From: Microthyrium microscopicum
Taxonomy: Eukaryota
DNA: 64,000 nt
Direction of reading: 5' to 3'
Assembly: GCA_010405405.1 (NCBI GenBank)
Contig: MU004245.1
Span: 127,256 to 191,255, forward strand
The position numbers and the translations under genes are program-made. This document shows positions 1 through 12,882 of the stretch, in pieces. The stretch's first letter is position 1. Each line of letters begins with the position of its first letter. Below the pieces are notes generated by a model that was not told the DNA's origin, searched no databases, and was given only the letters and a program-made list of their open reading frames with translations.

Positions 1-3000
1 ATATTACTATTATCTAAATTTATAATATCCTATTAATACTTAATAAATAATAAGGTTAGAATATTTATTAATATAAAACTTCTAAATAAACTAATAAAAG
101 TAAATATATATCTAATTAGTTAACTTATAAATAAATAAACCTTTTTATCTTCTTTTTATACTCTAAAAGCTTTTACTTATATTAATTTATTATTTATTAG
201 CTTCCTAAATACCTAATACTAAAAATTACTAGTTTAAGATAATATAAGTAGCTATAACTAAGACTCTAATTATAATACTATAACTTATATTTTCTTTAAA
301 AGCTTTACTTCCTTAGCTATAAAGCGTACTAAATAGTTAGCCTTATAAGTATCCTTATATAACTACTTAATAATAGTTTCTAGTTTTTAAAAAATAAATA
401 ATAGCTTTCCCTCTAATATAATAATATTAGTCTAGTTAACTAAATTAAGAATATTTATATATAATTTATCCTAGGTAGAATACTATATATTAGAAAAGAA
501 TTTAGTAGCATAGAGATAGGCTAGCTACTTAATTAAATTATTATTTAGTAACTAGTCTTTACCTTATAAATATTTACTTTTATAATTATTCTTAATATAT
601 ATAGCCTTTTCTACTATTAAAGACTAAACTTATAACTATATTCTTATAATAGCTTTATAACTATTCTTATTTAGAGCCTACTTACGTAGTAAGAACGTTA
701 GCTAAACTAGTTTATAAAACTTATCTAGATAGTATTTATTATAATACTTTAAAATTAGTTTAGGATCTTAATTTATTATCTAAAGTAAGAATTTACTTAA
801 CTTATAAAGAATAGCTCTTTAGAAATAGTTTAAATAATTTATAATAATAAACTATTTATATAAAACTTTACTATAAATTTTAACCTTAGCTTTAGATTAG
901 AATAGAGGAATTAAACTAGATATACTATTTAGTAATATATTAGCTTCTTAAGTTTTTATAACTAATACTTAAGATATAATAGTAAATATCTATAAGGTAG
1001 TACTAGCCTTACTTTTAATATTACTATTATTAAATAGTAATTTAAGCTATAATATACTTAGACTAGCTCTACCTTAAATATAGAGCTATTAATATTAAAG
1101 TAGTATATAATTTTAAGTTTTATATAAAGAGGATATAACTAGAATAGATTAAATAGTTAGTAAACTTATCTAAATGTCTTTCTATAGATTAAGTTATTCT
1201 TATCTAAATATATTAAATATCTAGTATAGAAGAAATACTATAGTATTACTAAGTAACCTAAAACTACATTTACTATAACTAATACGCTACTATAAATTTA
1301 TAAAATTATATAGTATTAGGAACTCCTAAATAATAATTAATAAAATATTCTATATATTAATACTAAGTCCTAAGCTTATAGTTATAATTATAATTTAATA
1401 AAGCAAATTAAGAAGCTTAAACTCTTAGTACTAAATTAACTTATTATAGCTAGGTATAGTAAAGATAATTTCTTAAATAAGGTTATAGATATAATATATA
1501 CTATCTTTATTAAAGTAAGTATATTATTAGTTTTCTAGAAAGTTCTTAGTTAAACTAACTAGAGTAGCTTAAAGGTATTTTAACGCTATATAAATTTTTA
1601 ACTTATTATTAATATATATAATAGTCTTATTAATTAACTTAGAAATAGCCTTCTTAGCCTTAGAGTTAATTATAGTATTTAGAATCTAATAAAGTTTATT
1701 ATAAGATACTAATCTTTATTTAATAATAGGCTTAAATTAGATTATAATATCTTAATAGTTAATAAAGGTACATATAATAGTAGTCTATTATTTATATAGT
1801 TCTTCTTCTTAAAATCTACTATAATAAAGAATAAACTACTATATAGATAAACTTAACGTACTAGTATAACTAAACTATATAATATCTTAGTATAGTATTA
1901 TATAAAGCTTATAAATTATAGTAAACTAAGACCTAAAATTTTACTACTATTTAATTAGATAGTATTTATTAATAGTAATTATTCTAATTCTATTTTAGAA
2001 AATAGAATTGCCTAATATACTATAGAAAAGCCTACTAGATATAGTTTCTAATAAAATTAATATATAGGTATATTAACTAAATATAATATTAGTAGTAATA
2101 TTCTTTAACTAAGTTATTAACTTACTATAAATAATAATAAGCTTAGACCTAGAGATAGCTAAGATACTATTATATTATTTATCTCCTAATTAGTTTATAG
2201 GAATTAACTATAAGGTAATCTTCCTTATTAATATAGAAAAGTTATATAGTATTAAACTCTTTCCTTATCTAGTATAGATAATAAGAAGAATATTAGAACC
2301 TCTATATATTAAGAACCTTAAGGCCTTAATCTATCTAAGACAAGAGTTATAGTTAGTTAGCTTTTATAAGTATACTTATAATATATACTCTTATCTTCTA
2401 GCTAATAACTAAATTTAAATAAATTAGATAAAGGTATAAATAGTACTAATAGATCCTAAATATATAGTAACCTATATAGCTTTAAATAACTAGTTAGATT
2501 ACTAAAGAAGATAAGGTTTAGATACTTATACTATATTATAATTAGGCTATTCCTACTATAGTAATTATAAGTACTAAGACTATAGTAGTCTTAGTTTTAG
2601 ATTTAAAGTTTAGAGGTATTAACCTAATTAGCTCTTCCTTTTACTTATAATACTATAAGAATAACATTAGTATTATTATTAAGGTATATCTTATAATAAT
2701 CTATATTTAGCTACTATACTTACTAATTTATAGAACGTACTAATAGAATAAAGAGTATAAGGAGTAACTAAAGGTAAATAAGGTTTCTACTAGGCTACGT
2801 AGAGATACTTATATAAGCTAGATATATTAGAGAATTTAGTTAATAATACTAAAAATACTAACACTATAGACTATTAACGCTATAGAATACTAAAATAAAG
2901 TATAAAGAATAAAATAAAGATAATAAAGGCTATGTCTTTAAATACATAAGATATTATAGCTATAATAACCTCTTTAATAAAATTAAGTAATATAGAAAAC

Positions 3001-3880
3001 TAGTAAGGATATTACTAATACTTTTATATAGTTATTTAGTATAAAAGTACTAAAGCTATCTAAATACTAGATTTACTAAAATACTAAATTTACTAGAATA
3101 CTAAAGCTTACCTAATACTAGAGCTTACCTAGTACTAGAGCCTACTTAATACTATTACCTACTCTTTATTAGAACTATAAGTTTATTATAAAGAGTAGGT
3201 AAGAAACTATTAGGATCTTATAAGAAAGATAATATATACTTAATATAGAGCTAAAAATATAAAAATACTAATAAAAAGACTACTAATAGCGTAAAGGATA
3301 AAAAAAAGTAATAAAGGATAAATATAGGCTATTTAGAGACTTATAAAAACTTATAAAGATACTTATATAAATAAGATAGAGATAGTAATAAGAAGTCTTA
3401 GTAAAAAAAAGGCTTAGTCTAACTAAATATAAGATTAACTAAAAAATAAATAAGAATCTATAACTATACTATTTAATAATAAAAATAAATATATAAGGTA
3501 ATAAAGTAGCTAATTATAAAGTACTATATAATATTTTAAAGTAATTAAATTATATTATTATTATATAGTAGATAGCTAGTAAAAAAGGATAAATATTAAG
3601 TAGGTTAGTATTTTTTTAGGTTATATAGGAATTATATTACTAAAATAACTAGAAAAGGTAATAACTTAAAAATATATTTATTTAAAAGCGTAGTTAATAC
3701 TATATAATTTATATTTAATAGATCTTTAGATTTATATATTTATTTAGTTAGAAACGTTATAATAAGTAAATTAAGTAAAAATATTAAGTAGCTTACTAAT
3801 AAATAGGAATAAGAGTCTCTTAGACTACGTAGTAAAAAGTTAGAGGAAGTAGAATAAGCTCTAATTAGCTAGAGTATACC
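1..3880. mobile_element. RIP-degenerated repeat, probably a transposon relic (family unidentifiable; extends beyond the window start)
   Basis: Very AT-rich, TpA saturated, CpA and TpG almost absent on both strands. No ORF in the track before 4012. Abrupt return to balanced composition at ~3880-3900. This is the classic RIP (CpA->TpA) signature. Confidence 0.85.
3048..3149. repeat. Six degenerate 17-bp tandem units (consensus ~TACTAGAGCTTACCTAA) inside the RIP relic
   Basis: Units start at 3048, 3065, 3082, 3099, 3116 and 3133, each beginning TACTA with exact 17-bp spacing. Confidence 0.8.
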
Positions 3881-4313
3881 CTTATATATGCTAGTAAATG
3901 CTATGATTTTGCTGCTAGTCTGACTAAGTGAGATAAGACTGTCTCGCGTCTAACGTTATGAAGTTTCATAAATCATTTCCATGCTCTTTTTTTGACGGTT
4001 TTCAATTTTCGTCAATACAGAAATGGGCAAGACGCGTCGACCAAATGATATTGGATGGATTGCACCACGTCACGAGAAGGATTTAACATGGCTGAAAAGG
4101 GGCGACTGATCATCGACGCTTGTGCACCTTCTTTGATCTCACCGATCTCAGGAACTCCTCGTCTTTTCACTCCATACTCCAACCTCGTATCTACCACCTT
4201 TCCTCTCTTTTGCATGAATAAAGCTGTATTGTTTTATGTGATATATCTCTTTCCCATTGCAGAGATGCACCTCGTTCTCCGTCCGTTCCACGTATTTTCA
4301 GAGCATTCACGAA

Positions 4314-6353
4314 TCACCAATGCATTGCCATTGACACCGAACCCCATCCTAGGCCCTCGACTTCAAGTCCAACTGCCTTGATAGCCCTTTCATCCAATAT
4401 ACCACGTCCATCAAGTACATACTTTGGCCCGCGCAGCGATCTCGCGACGCGACTCCAGTCCATCCTCTGCCCATTCTCAAGCAAAGCCTGCCTTTGTCCG
4501 GAAACACAATTTTGACAACCATCAGGACATGCTGGCAACACGGGAGGTGTAAAGTCTCTCAGTGGCGCCTCGGCTGCTGTGGTCGCTTGGGCCTGTGGTT
4601 CTGCTTTGGGAGGCATCTTGCGGAGCACTGGTAGAGGCCGATCGGCCTTGAAAAAGTCCCACTCTGTCAGGATGGCCAGCGCACTGGAGCCCGAAGTCGC
4701 CAGGTAAGGATCGGAGTAAATCTTGACTCGATCTTTGGCGCCGTCCAAGTGGGCGATTTCGCGTTCAATACCATCCTTCGGGCAGCAAGGATCGAAGATG
4801 GCGATTTCAGTTGGCCGCTCTTCAAGAAGTGATGCTATCACATCTACAGCCAGTGACTCACGCGTATCTCCGGTATCTTTCTTGTACGCAAAACCGAGCA
4901 GTGCGATCTTCTTTCCGTTGAGTGTGTTGCTTAGCCGGCTGACAATCATGTCTGTGAAACGTTGGCGTTGGTACTCGTTGATATTGAGTACCGCACGCCA
5001 ATAAGCAGCGACATCAGGTAAGTTTAGGGATTCTGCGATGTAAACGAGACTTGATATGTCTTTGCGAAAACATGAACCACCAAAACCTAGGCCAGCTTTA
5101 AGGAACTTGGCGCCGATACGGTCATCTGTTCCAACTGCTTTGGCGATCTCACGCACGTCAGCGCCAGTCCGTTCGCAAAGCGCGGATATGCTATTGATGC
5201 TGCTGATACGCTGAGCAAGCATGGCGTTCGCAACCAGTTTTGACAGCTCCGAGGACCATACGTTGGTGTGCAAAATCCGGTCTCCTGGTATCCAGCTTGC
5301 ATAGAGCGCAGCCAGGCGACGTGCGGCAAGTCGTCCAGCGACAGATGGAGTGCTGCCAATGAGAACTCGATCGGGATGTAGGAGATTTTTAATAGCAGAC
5401 CCTTCCGCGAGGAACTCAGGATTCGAAAGGATGGGAAAACTCTCCTCTGGGCGGACTGATAAAAGCTGCTACAGGTCAGTCGATTTTTCGTTGACTTCGA
5501 TTTTTCTACGGACTCACGATGTTACTGATGAGACGCGCTGTACCACACGGCACGGTACTTTTTTCCACGATAACAGTACCGTTCTTCGCAAATTTTGCTA
5601 TATCGCGAACGGCGCTTTCCAGAGCTGACAGATCACTTGCCGAGCCAGCGCCCCGACCGGAGTATTTTGTTGGAGTGTTGACGGCTAAGAATATCAGATC
5701 GGCGTGACCGATGCACGTAGGTGAATCGACTGAGAAGAACAGATTTCCTTGACGCGCTGCTGCGTCTATTCCATCTGATTCTGGTTCCACCGATGTCACG
5801 CTGTTGGCGCTCCGCATGCCACTACAATTTGGTCAAAACAATCCATCATATAAAAATGACTCAAAGGAGCATCTTAGGCAGTGTTGCAAGGTCTGTTTGT
5901 GAAAGGAACTTACCCGTCGCGTGTCAGTCTCACGACTTCTGCCAGACCAGGCTCATGAATGGGCAGGTGATTTGACTCCCAGCTGGCAATACGCTTAGGA
6001 TCTCGGTCGAGAACCGTGACTTTGACCATAGGATTATGGAGAGCAAGAACCGCAGCTGTAGGACCACCTATGTTCTAGCAATTAGACAGGCACTGTTGAA
6101 AGCATGATGTATCATGCTCACCGACGTAACCGGCGCCGATTACACAAACGTTCCTCACGGGTATATCATGACTCTCCATGAGAGCAGCAGGACCAAGGCT
6201 GTGGATTGGCAGAGAGGTCCGAGTCTCGCTTAACGATCCATATCTCGATTCAAGTGAGAGGTGTGCTCTTTGCGGTGGCAGATAAGGACTCCATTCTGGA
6301 CTCGTCGGAGCTGTAGAGGTACCAAGCTCATCCGAAGACGATGAAGAACTCAT
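4314..6353 (-). CDS. UDP-glucose 6-dehydrogenase (spliced)
   Basis: VCVIGAGYVGG Rossmann motif, FLAVNTPTK, VEKSTVPCG, SNPEFLAEG, SELSKLVANAMLAQRISSINS, catalytic GFGGSCFRKD, LGFAYKKDTGDTRES. ATG at 6353 assumed. Confidence 0.92.
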
Positions 6354-7474
6354 ACTTGCTAACGACTTGTTCGCAGAAAGGTAGAAGAGTTCTAGCAGAC
6401 GTGAAACCAAAGCACGAGAGCAATATCTGGGGAGACGAAAGGTGTTGGGATGGAGAATGCAGGACCAGCACGACCAACACAAGCACAAAAGAAATCTACT
6501 ATAAGCTTCCGGTTCATGGGATGAAGCAAGGCTCTGGATTGGCTATCTGAGAACAAGCGACGGGATCAGATGCATGGAGAACATGTCGGCTCTGTTGAGA
6601 CGGATTGCGAATGACCAGATTAAGCTTCATGGTTCAGATTTTGATAACGGTCGGCAAAACACGGTCTCAGTCTGGTGTTCTCTGGTTGAAGAGCATATAT
6701 TACCAGGTCGATATGGTAGAGGGGCATGGTTGGAGGTTAGACGTGTTGTATGAACGAGACGTGTTGTGCAGGTTGCGTTTAACACGAGGCAATTAGGGGT
6801 AGATTATTGGCTACCATATTTCCCACGTGCAGACAACTATTGATTCTGTGGCTCAACAATACTTCAACTTATCCTTTTCCAAGATAACTACTCGGATTTG
6901 AATAGGTAAAGAGACTCGAATAAAGGAGGCAAATAGCAGTTCAATAGTCGATTTCCTGCTTCAATAACCATCCGAAAATACCGAGGCTAGAGCCACATCG
7001 TCGACACCAACGACCGCAAACCCTTTTCAGCAAGCTCATGCTTCCTACTCTATGTGTCAATGAACTCCTATAGGGGTAGCTTGTGTTATGGAACAACTGT
7101 CAAGTCTTGACACTAACGCACTACCTTGTAGGAGACGTTCGAAGGGAATGTACAGTTTGCTTTCATATCCTGTGAAATGACAAGCTATATCAAGAATCAT
7201 CGAGGATCTCGTCGATACTGACTGGGCTTCTGTTGCGTCCTTCAATTACTGGTCATTCGGCAGTGTTTACCAGTGAGAAGCTAATATTTCGAAGCCTCTC
7301 ATACAATTCTAGCTAGAGGTTCACGTCCAATTCAACCTGATTATAGTATACAACTCTCGTCTGTAACATTTTCTAGCTAAGTAAAGCAACCTATTCTTCT
7401 AATCCACGCTAAACCCTTGGAAGACCATTTATTATCTATTTGAGTATGTTAGGTCAAGTATGTTGTCTATGTAA

Positions 7475-8949
7475 TCATGCGGCCTTGGTCGTACCATTGG
7501 CCTCGACAGCCGCACCATTCGATTCAATGGCACTACCCTTTGCCTCGATGGCCGTACCATTCTTTTCAATGGCACTACCATTTGACTCTCGCATCGGCAA
7601 GGCAATATCTTTGACGTATTGCTTTCCCTTCGCCAACCCCTCATAAACCATTCCTGCGATGTTCCATACATCAAAAGCAGTAATGATCAAGCGATAGCCC
7701 TGTTCGAGCAGCATAGGTATTAGTTCGAGTTGTTGAGCAGCACTACATAGAATTAGCAACCTGCCAATGTCTTACTCCAGGAAGATATCTTACCCCATGA
7801 GTGGAATATTGTTCTTCTTGCCGGCCGCAGCAAACTTCTCTAAAGCATCTGCGAATACTGGATGGGGAATACCGCCCAGTTTCAAAGGCAGTCCGGCGTC
7901 TGTCATAAAATCGCCAGGACCGAACATGAGAGCGCTTACGCCGGGGACCGCAGCAATCGCATCAACATTTTCAACACCCTTGACACTTTCAATTTGTGCT
8001 ATAACAGCGACGTGACGGTTCGATGTTTCAATGTTGAAAAGATCGTTTTGATAAAGAGATGCGCTCGAGATGCCAGGTGTGAAGGTCCAAGGAGAGAAAG
8101 AGCGATGTCCCATTGGAGCTGTTGTAAAGAAGCAAATTAGCAACTCGTTCTCATTTTGGGAGGATGGGAATTCTTACGATAGTACATCTCCTTAATGAGT
8201 GCCTGAACTTCCTCCGCACTCTCACAATGAGGTATCATGATACCAGCTGCACCTGCATCCAAAGCTGTTGTCAAGCTGATTTCATCGCCTTTGGGTACTC
8301 TCACAATGACCATAGTCTTGCCCTCTGAGTGGTGTTGAGCCGCATGGATAGCACTGACGCGGAAATGTCAGTATGAATTGCATTCAACGCAGGACTTGTG
8401 AGCTTACTCGTGTAGAGTTAATCTGTTGAACATGCCATGTTCTAACTGGTCAGTATACCATTATACAAGACATCGCCGGCTGATGATCCTTCGAGCAGAG
8501 TAGGCACTTACCGACATCGATCCTAGAATAGGTTAGTACATGTTCTGGCCGAAACAAGAGCAGGAACATACCAGATGAAATCAGGTTTCGTACTAGCGAT
8601 TACTTTGGTGAGGAAGACAGAGGGAATACCGTCTGATCTGTTAGCTATGTCATAATGCTTTTTCAGAATCAACTTACGTGCAACACCGAACATGGTCTTG
8701 TTCACATCCTCATGGGCGTCTTTGAGTGCTTTCGAAAGATTTCCAGGATATGTGAGCAATCTAAATTATTCTTAGCTGCAGATTTTCAAAACTAGTATCC
8801 AACGCTTAGTACTTGTTGATATGCCGATATACTATGCGTGTCATAGTATGTTGGCATATCAACAAATGCCAGGTTTGCAATAGCTTCACTTACGCAGCTC
8901 GATATGGAGCATCAGCATGGAGCTCTGTTTGTTCTTTGTATCCGGCCAT
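7475..8949 (-). CDS. HpcH/HpaI class II pyruvate aldolase family, macrophomate-synthase-like (multi-exon, includes an 11-nt microexon 8522-8512)
   Basis: Spliced translation MAGYKEQTELHADAPYRAALLTYPGNL...KPDFIWIDVEHGMFNRLTLHDAIHAAQHHSEGKTMVIVRVPKGDEISLTTALDAGAAG...RSFSPWTF...QIESVKGVENVDAIAA...FGPGD follows the Macrophoma commelinae macrophomate synthase sequence as I recall it. Metal ligands (QIE, GPGD) are present. Confidence 0.88.
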
Positions 8950-10145
8950 TGTGATATTGTGATTGGGATTGAGATAACGTAGGATGAGGGAGCTTTATGA
9001 AGTTTCAATGTGAGAAAATCCAGACCAGGAAGTCCTCAATTATTATATAGCAAGTATCGATTGGCAAGATGTCGGATCAAATTTCAATTTGGTCCATTGA
9101 TAATCCGGTAAGATCAACAGGTACTGGTACAGGCGGAGGCAGCCGTGCATGGGTACAAACATTATGTACTCTTCCAGGCGGTGGTGCTTATGCTTACGAC
9201 GTATTTCTAGCCGAAGCGACCGTGGCGATCCAATTGAAGCCTTATCTTTTCTTTTGTTCATGAGTTTCCTTTGCGCCGTAGAAAACATGGATATTCTGTA
9301 TATATTCGTGAGGTCTCATATTGTATATTGATACTGCTGAGGCTTATGTGAGACCAGGTAATTATGAATCAACCAGGTCTTCCTGTTGACATCGCGTGTA
9401 ACGAGAAAAACCATTACGCATTGATTAGTGAATAATTACCGTAAGCAGTAAGCAGTTCGTGGGGAGTAGATCTTTTTGAAATTAGGCAAGCCCACCAACT
9501 ACTGCTGACATGTCGAGCACTACGACTTCATTCATATGAGACAGTCAGCTTTTCTCTCGCACGAATAGCTGCCTTTTATTGGGTTAGTGTTTTAGGAATG
9601 GCAGGCTTTGGTCTTGATGAAAGGCATGGGGCTGGTCGCTTGTTCTTTATCTCTTGAATCTTGATAAAAATGTCAGAAGCCTCTTTCCTAAGAGGCTAAG
9701 TCGGCTCCGTCCACTTGAGCCGTCATACAAAGATTGCACGCCTTCCGCCGGAGGCCATGAAAAACGCGCTGTTGATCTCTGGTTCTGTGTGGCAGGGGCT
9801 CGTGTCCTTCAGTCCTGCTTCACGGGTCGCAGTGATGGTGGTTCATTGGCGAGAGGTCAAAGAACTCTCTGGTTGAAGCTGGAGCAACTTGAATAGTTGC
9901 AGACGCGTACCGAGTAAGTCCGATGAAGTGAAAGTGAAGACAGCCCAGATCTTCCGCGATCATACATTCAATAACATCCGGAGTTAAGGCGCGAAGATAT
10001 GATATCGCCGTTCTATTTTTGGTAAATGCAATATGGACTCCAACTCCATGCCATCCTTCAATACATCGTCATGCTGTCAGCCCGTCTAGGAACCCTTTTC
10101 AACCTTCCAATGATCCATGTCCCTGGTTCAATTGTTGCCTAGGCT

Positions 10146-11722
10146 ATGGAGTTTCGATTTGTGGACAACAACGGTCCTATTGACCGTCGTTCGCGAAAGG
10201 CCATTCGCAGCCATGCAATGAAAGGGAAGAATATGGGAAAAGCAATTCAAGGAAGAGGCCACAAAGGGCTGAGAAAACTTGAGAAGAGCTACGATGCTTC
10301 TAGCTCATCCAGTAGCATAGGTTGCGTTGAGAAGACCAACGCTGTCCTAATAGAGACATCAGTTACCCAAATCGAGCAGAGCATCAGAAATGAGCTTGAC
10401 ATTGTTGCTCGTGCAGAGATATGCCCAACATATAATCCTTTCAGCCCATTCGCTGGTGCAGAGTATGATTATTTTGATTTCCCTTGCCAATTGACGTCTT
10501 CCATGCGATACTTGATTCACCAATGTAAGCTTGTATGGCTGCTCGTAGCAGGTTAACGACCGACGGAAAGAACTAATCTGGACCAGTTCACTCCGCAGTC
10601 TCGTTCAAACTATATCCACATGAGTTCTGTCGTCCACCGGTCAAAGAAAAGTTCTTCCAACATATGCTTATGGACCAAACCTGTGATTACACCCTCCCCT
10701 ACAAGCATGCTGGAGCACTTTGCTGACAATACCTTGAAACAACAGTATTCCACTGTACCTTGGCCATGTCAGCAAGCTACGTTACACATTTCCGCGGCTA
10801 CCACGATGAAAGTCTTGAAATAAGACGGCACTTTACTGAGACTCTTCGATTAGTCAACAAAGATATCTCAGCAAGTGCCGTTCCACGCGAAACAACCATA
10901 GTCGTCGTTGTATCACTCGCCATCCAAGCAAACATGACCGGTGCCATGTCCAACAGTAGAATACATATCAATGGCCTGAAGCATATAATGGATCTATGGC
11001 CTGGCGGCTTACCGATGCTTTATCATACTAACCCGGAGCTAATGCAAAAGATATGTCGCGCAGACAATGAATATGCGCTACTAGGAGGTACGAGAACGCA
11101 GTTTGGCCCAATTCTACGATCATTACAGACATCATTGCTAGCCCCTTTACACAGAATTGGGAAGCCACCAGCTTTGCCTTATCCACTTGGCAAGTTGTGT
11201 GAGCAGCTTCAATCGATCACAAGCGATGTCCTTGCATTTTGCAAATGCGCCGGCAAAATCAAACTTGAGCCTCGCGAATTTCAAGGGATCATTGTTTCGA
11301 TCTGTCAACGCCTCTTGGACTTTGCGCCACTTGATGGAGCTCGACCACTGGATCCACTGAACGACATATGGCATCTGGGTTTGCTCAATTTCATGACCAC
11401 ATTGTTGTATTATCTGGGACGACTCAGACCGCTGTACACTGGACTGCTTTACACCACTTTCGAAAGGTCACTGACTAAGTACAGCTACACACAAACGGAA
11501 AGTGACCAGTCTCTTATACTTTGGTTGTATTTTGTTCATGGCTTTTCATTACTGGACGGCTCTAATGGAAGTTGGCTAATCCCAAAATTACAAACGCTGA
11601 TAGGAGATCTGGGGTTGAAAAACTGGAATGACGCGAAACAGAACTTCGAGACCTTTCCTTGGATCGAGATTGGTCACGATGCACTTGGCAAAAAAATCTG
11701 GAAAGTGGTGATGGCTACATAA
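10146..11722 (+). CDS. Fungal-specific transcription-factor-domain protein (Fungal_trans_2-like) without a Zn2Cys6 cluster; 2 introns
   Basis: Basic N-terminus FRFVDNN..RKAIRSHAMKGKN, YPHEFC, FHCTLAMSAS, HINGLKHIMDLWPGGL, KICRAD and C-terminal FPWIE..HD..GKKIW. Introns at ~10525-10586 and ~10683-10745. Confidence 0.7.
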
Positions 11723-11789
11723 TTGTCAAGTCAAAGGCCCATAGAATTTATCGAGCTTTCAATGTCAGGGAGAAGAGATCGACTTCGTC

Positions 11790-12882
11790 TTAAAGCTTCG
11801 GAACGTCAATAGGATGGCCCTTAATGTCCAAAATCTTGACGAGATCCGCCCAAACACGCTCCTGCACCTGAGAACCGCTAGCATTATAGACCCAATCCGG
11901 CACCTTGGAGCTATGATGAACATCAGCACTGCGATCTGTAAGCGTATGCTTATAGGTCTTTCAACTTACTCCATGATTTCGCAGTCTGACAGAAACTTGC
12001 CATGGCTCTGAACTCCAGCGACGGCTCCATGCATCAACGTTCGACTACCCATCTCTGCAGTACGGCCAACCAGAGTTTTCATCACGGCGAACCGAACCTT
12101 GAAAAGACCAGTAGCCTGTCGAGAAAGCTCAGTCCTACAGAAACCTGGATTGACGAAATTGACAACGACGTTTGTCTGGGACACTGGAAATCGAGCGGCA
12201 AGCTCTCGAACGGCGTATAGCTGGAGCTGCTTGGATAGAGGATAACTACAAGATCTTGATCAGCAGATTGCGGTGATGGCACGGAGAAGGTCATTCGCTC
12301 TTACCGAGGCCCCATAACTGTATCACTTTCACTCAGCGTATCGAATATGTTGCTCTTCGTCGACTCAAGGATTCCCTTCGGGATAAAAGCAACTTCGCTT
12401 CCGATCACAGTCAGGTGAACCTTGATGCCAAACTTTTTGGCAGACTGTTGCAGCTTGGGCATAGCTCGAATGGCCAGAAGCATTGTACCGAGGACATTGA
12501 CGGTAAGGGTTGTTTCAAAGCCTTCGGCCAGGGTAAAATCTAACATGGCAACACTAGCATTTTCGATCAATGCATCTATCCTGTCCAGAGTATCCAGCTT
12601 CTTGGCGAATGCTTCAACACTGCCCAGAGAGGCGAGGTCAAGCTCCCAAACTTCGGCCACATTGTCGCGACCAGTCTCGTTCCTAATTGCAGTGACTGCG
12701 GCATTCCCCTTCTCTAGGGACCTGACAGCCAAAATGACACGATCAGCACCCAATTTAACAAAGTGTTTGGCGGCTTGAAAGCCTAGGCCGGTGTTAGAGC
12801 CAGTCACTATGTATGTTCCGCCTTTGACATCGGATCTGGTTGGAACAAGAGGAAGGGTCTTGAACTGCGAACTGATATTCAT
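11790..12882 (-). CDS. Short-chain dehydrogenase/reductase (retinol-DH/WWOX-like)
   Basis: VTGSNTGLG cofactor motif, LDLASLGSV, IENAS, spliced YPLSK (YxxxK), NFVNPGFCRTEL, RTAEMGSRTL. Two introns; stop TAA at 11792-11790. Confidence 0.88.

Noticed and set aside
3048..3149. CRISPR-like array
   Set aside because: Contiguous tandem units without spacers, in eukaryotic DNA.
1..3880. Assigning the relic to a TE family, Starship, centromere, telomere or mitochondrial insert
   Set aside because: No readable protein motif, terminal repeat or TTAGGG array. Specific CpA/TpG loss indicates RIP rather than organellar AT-richness.
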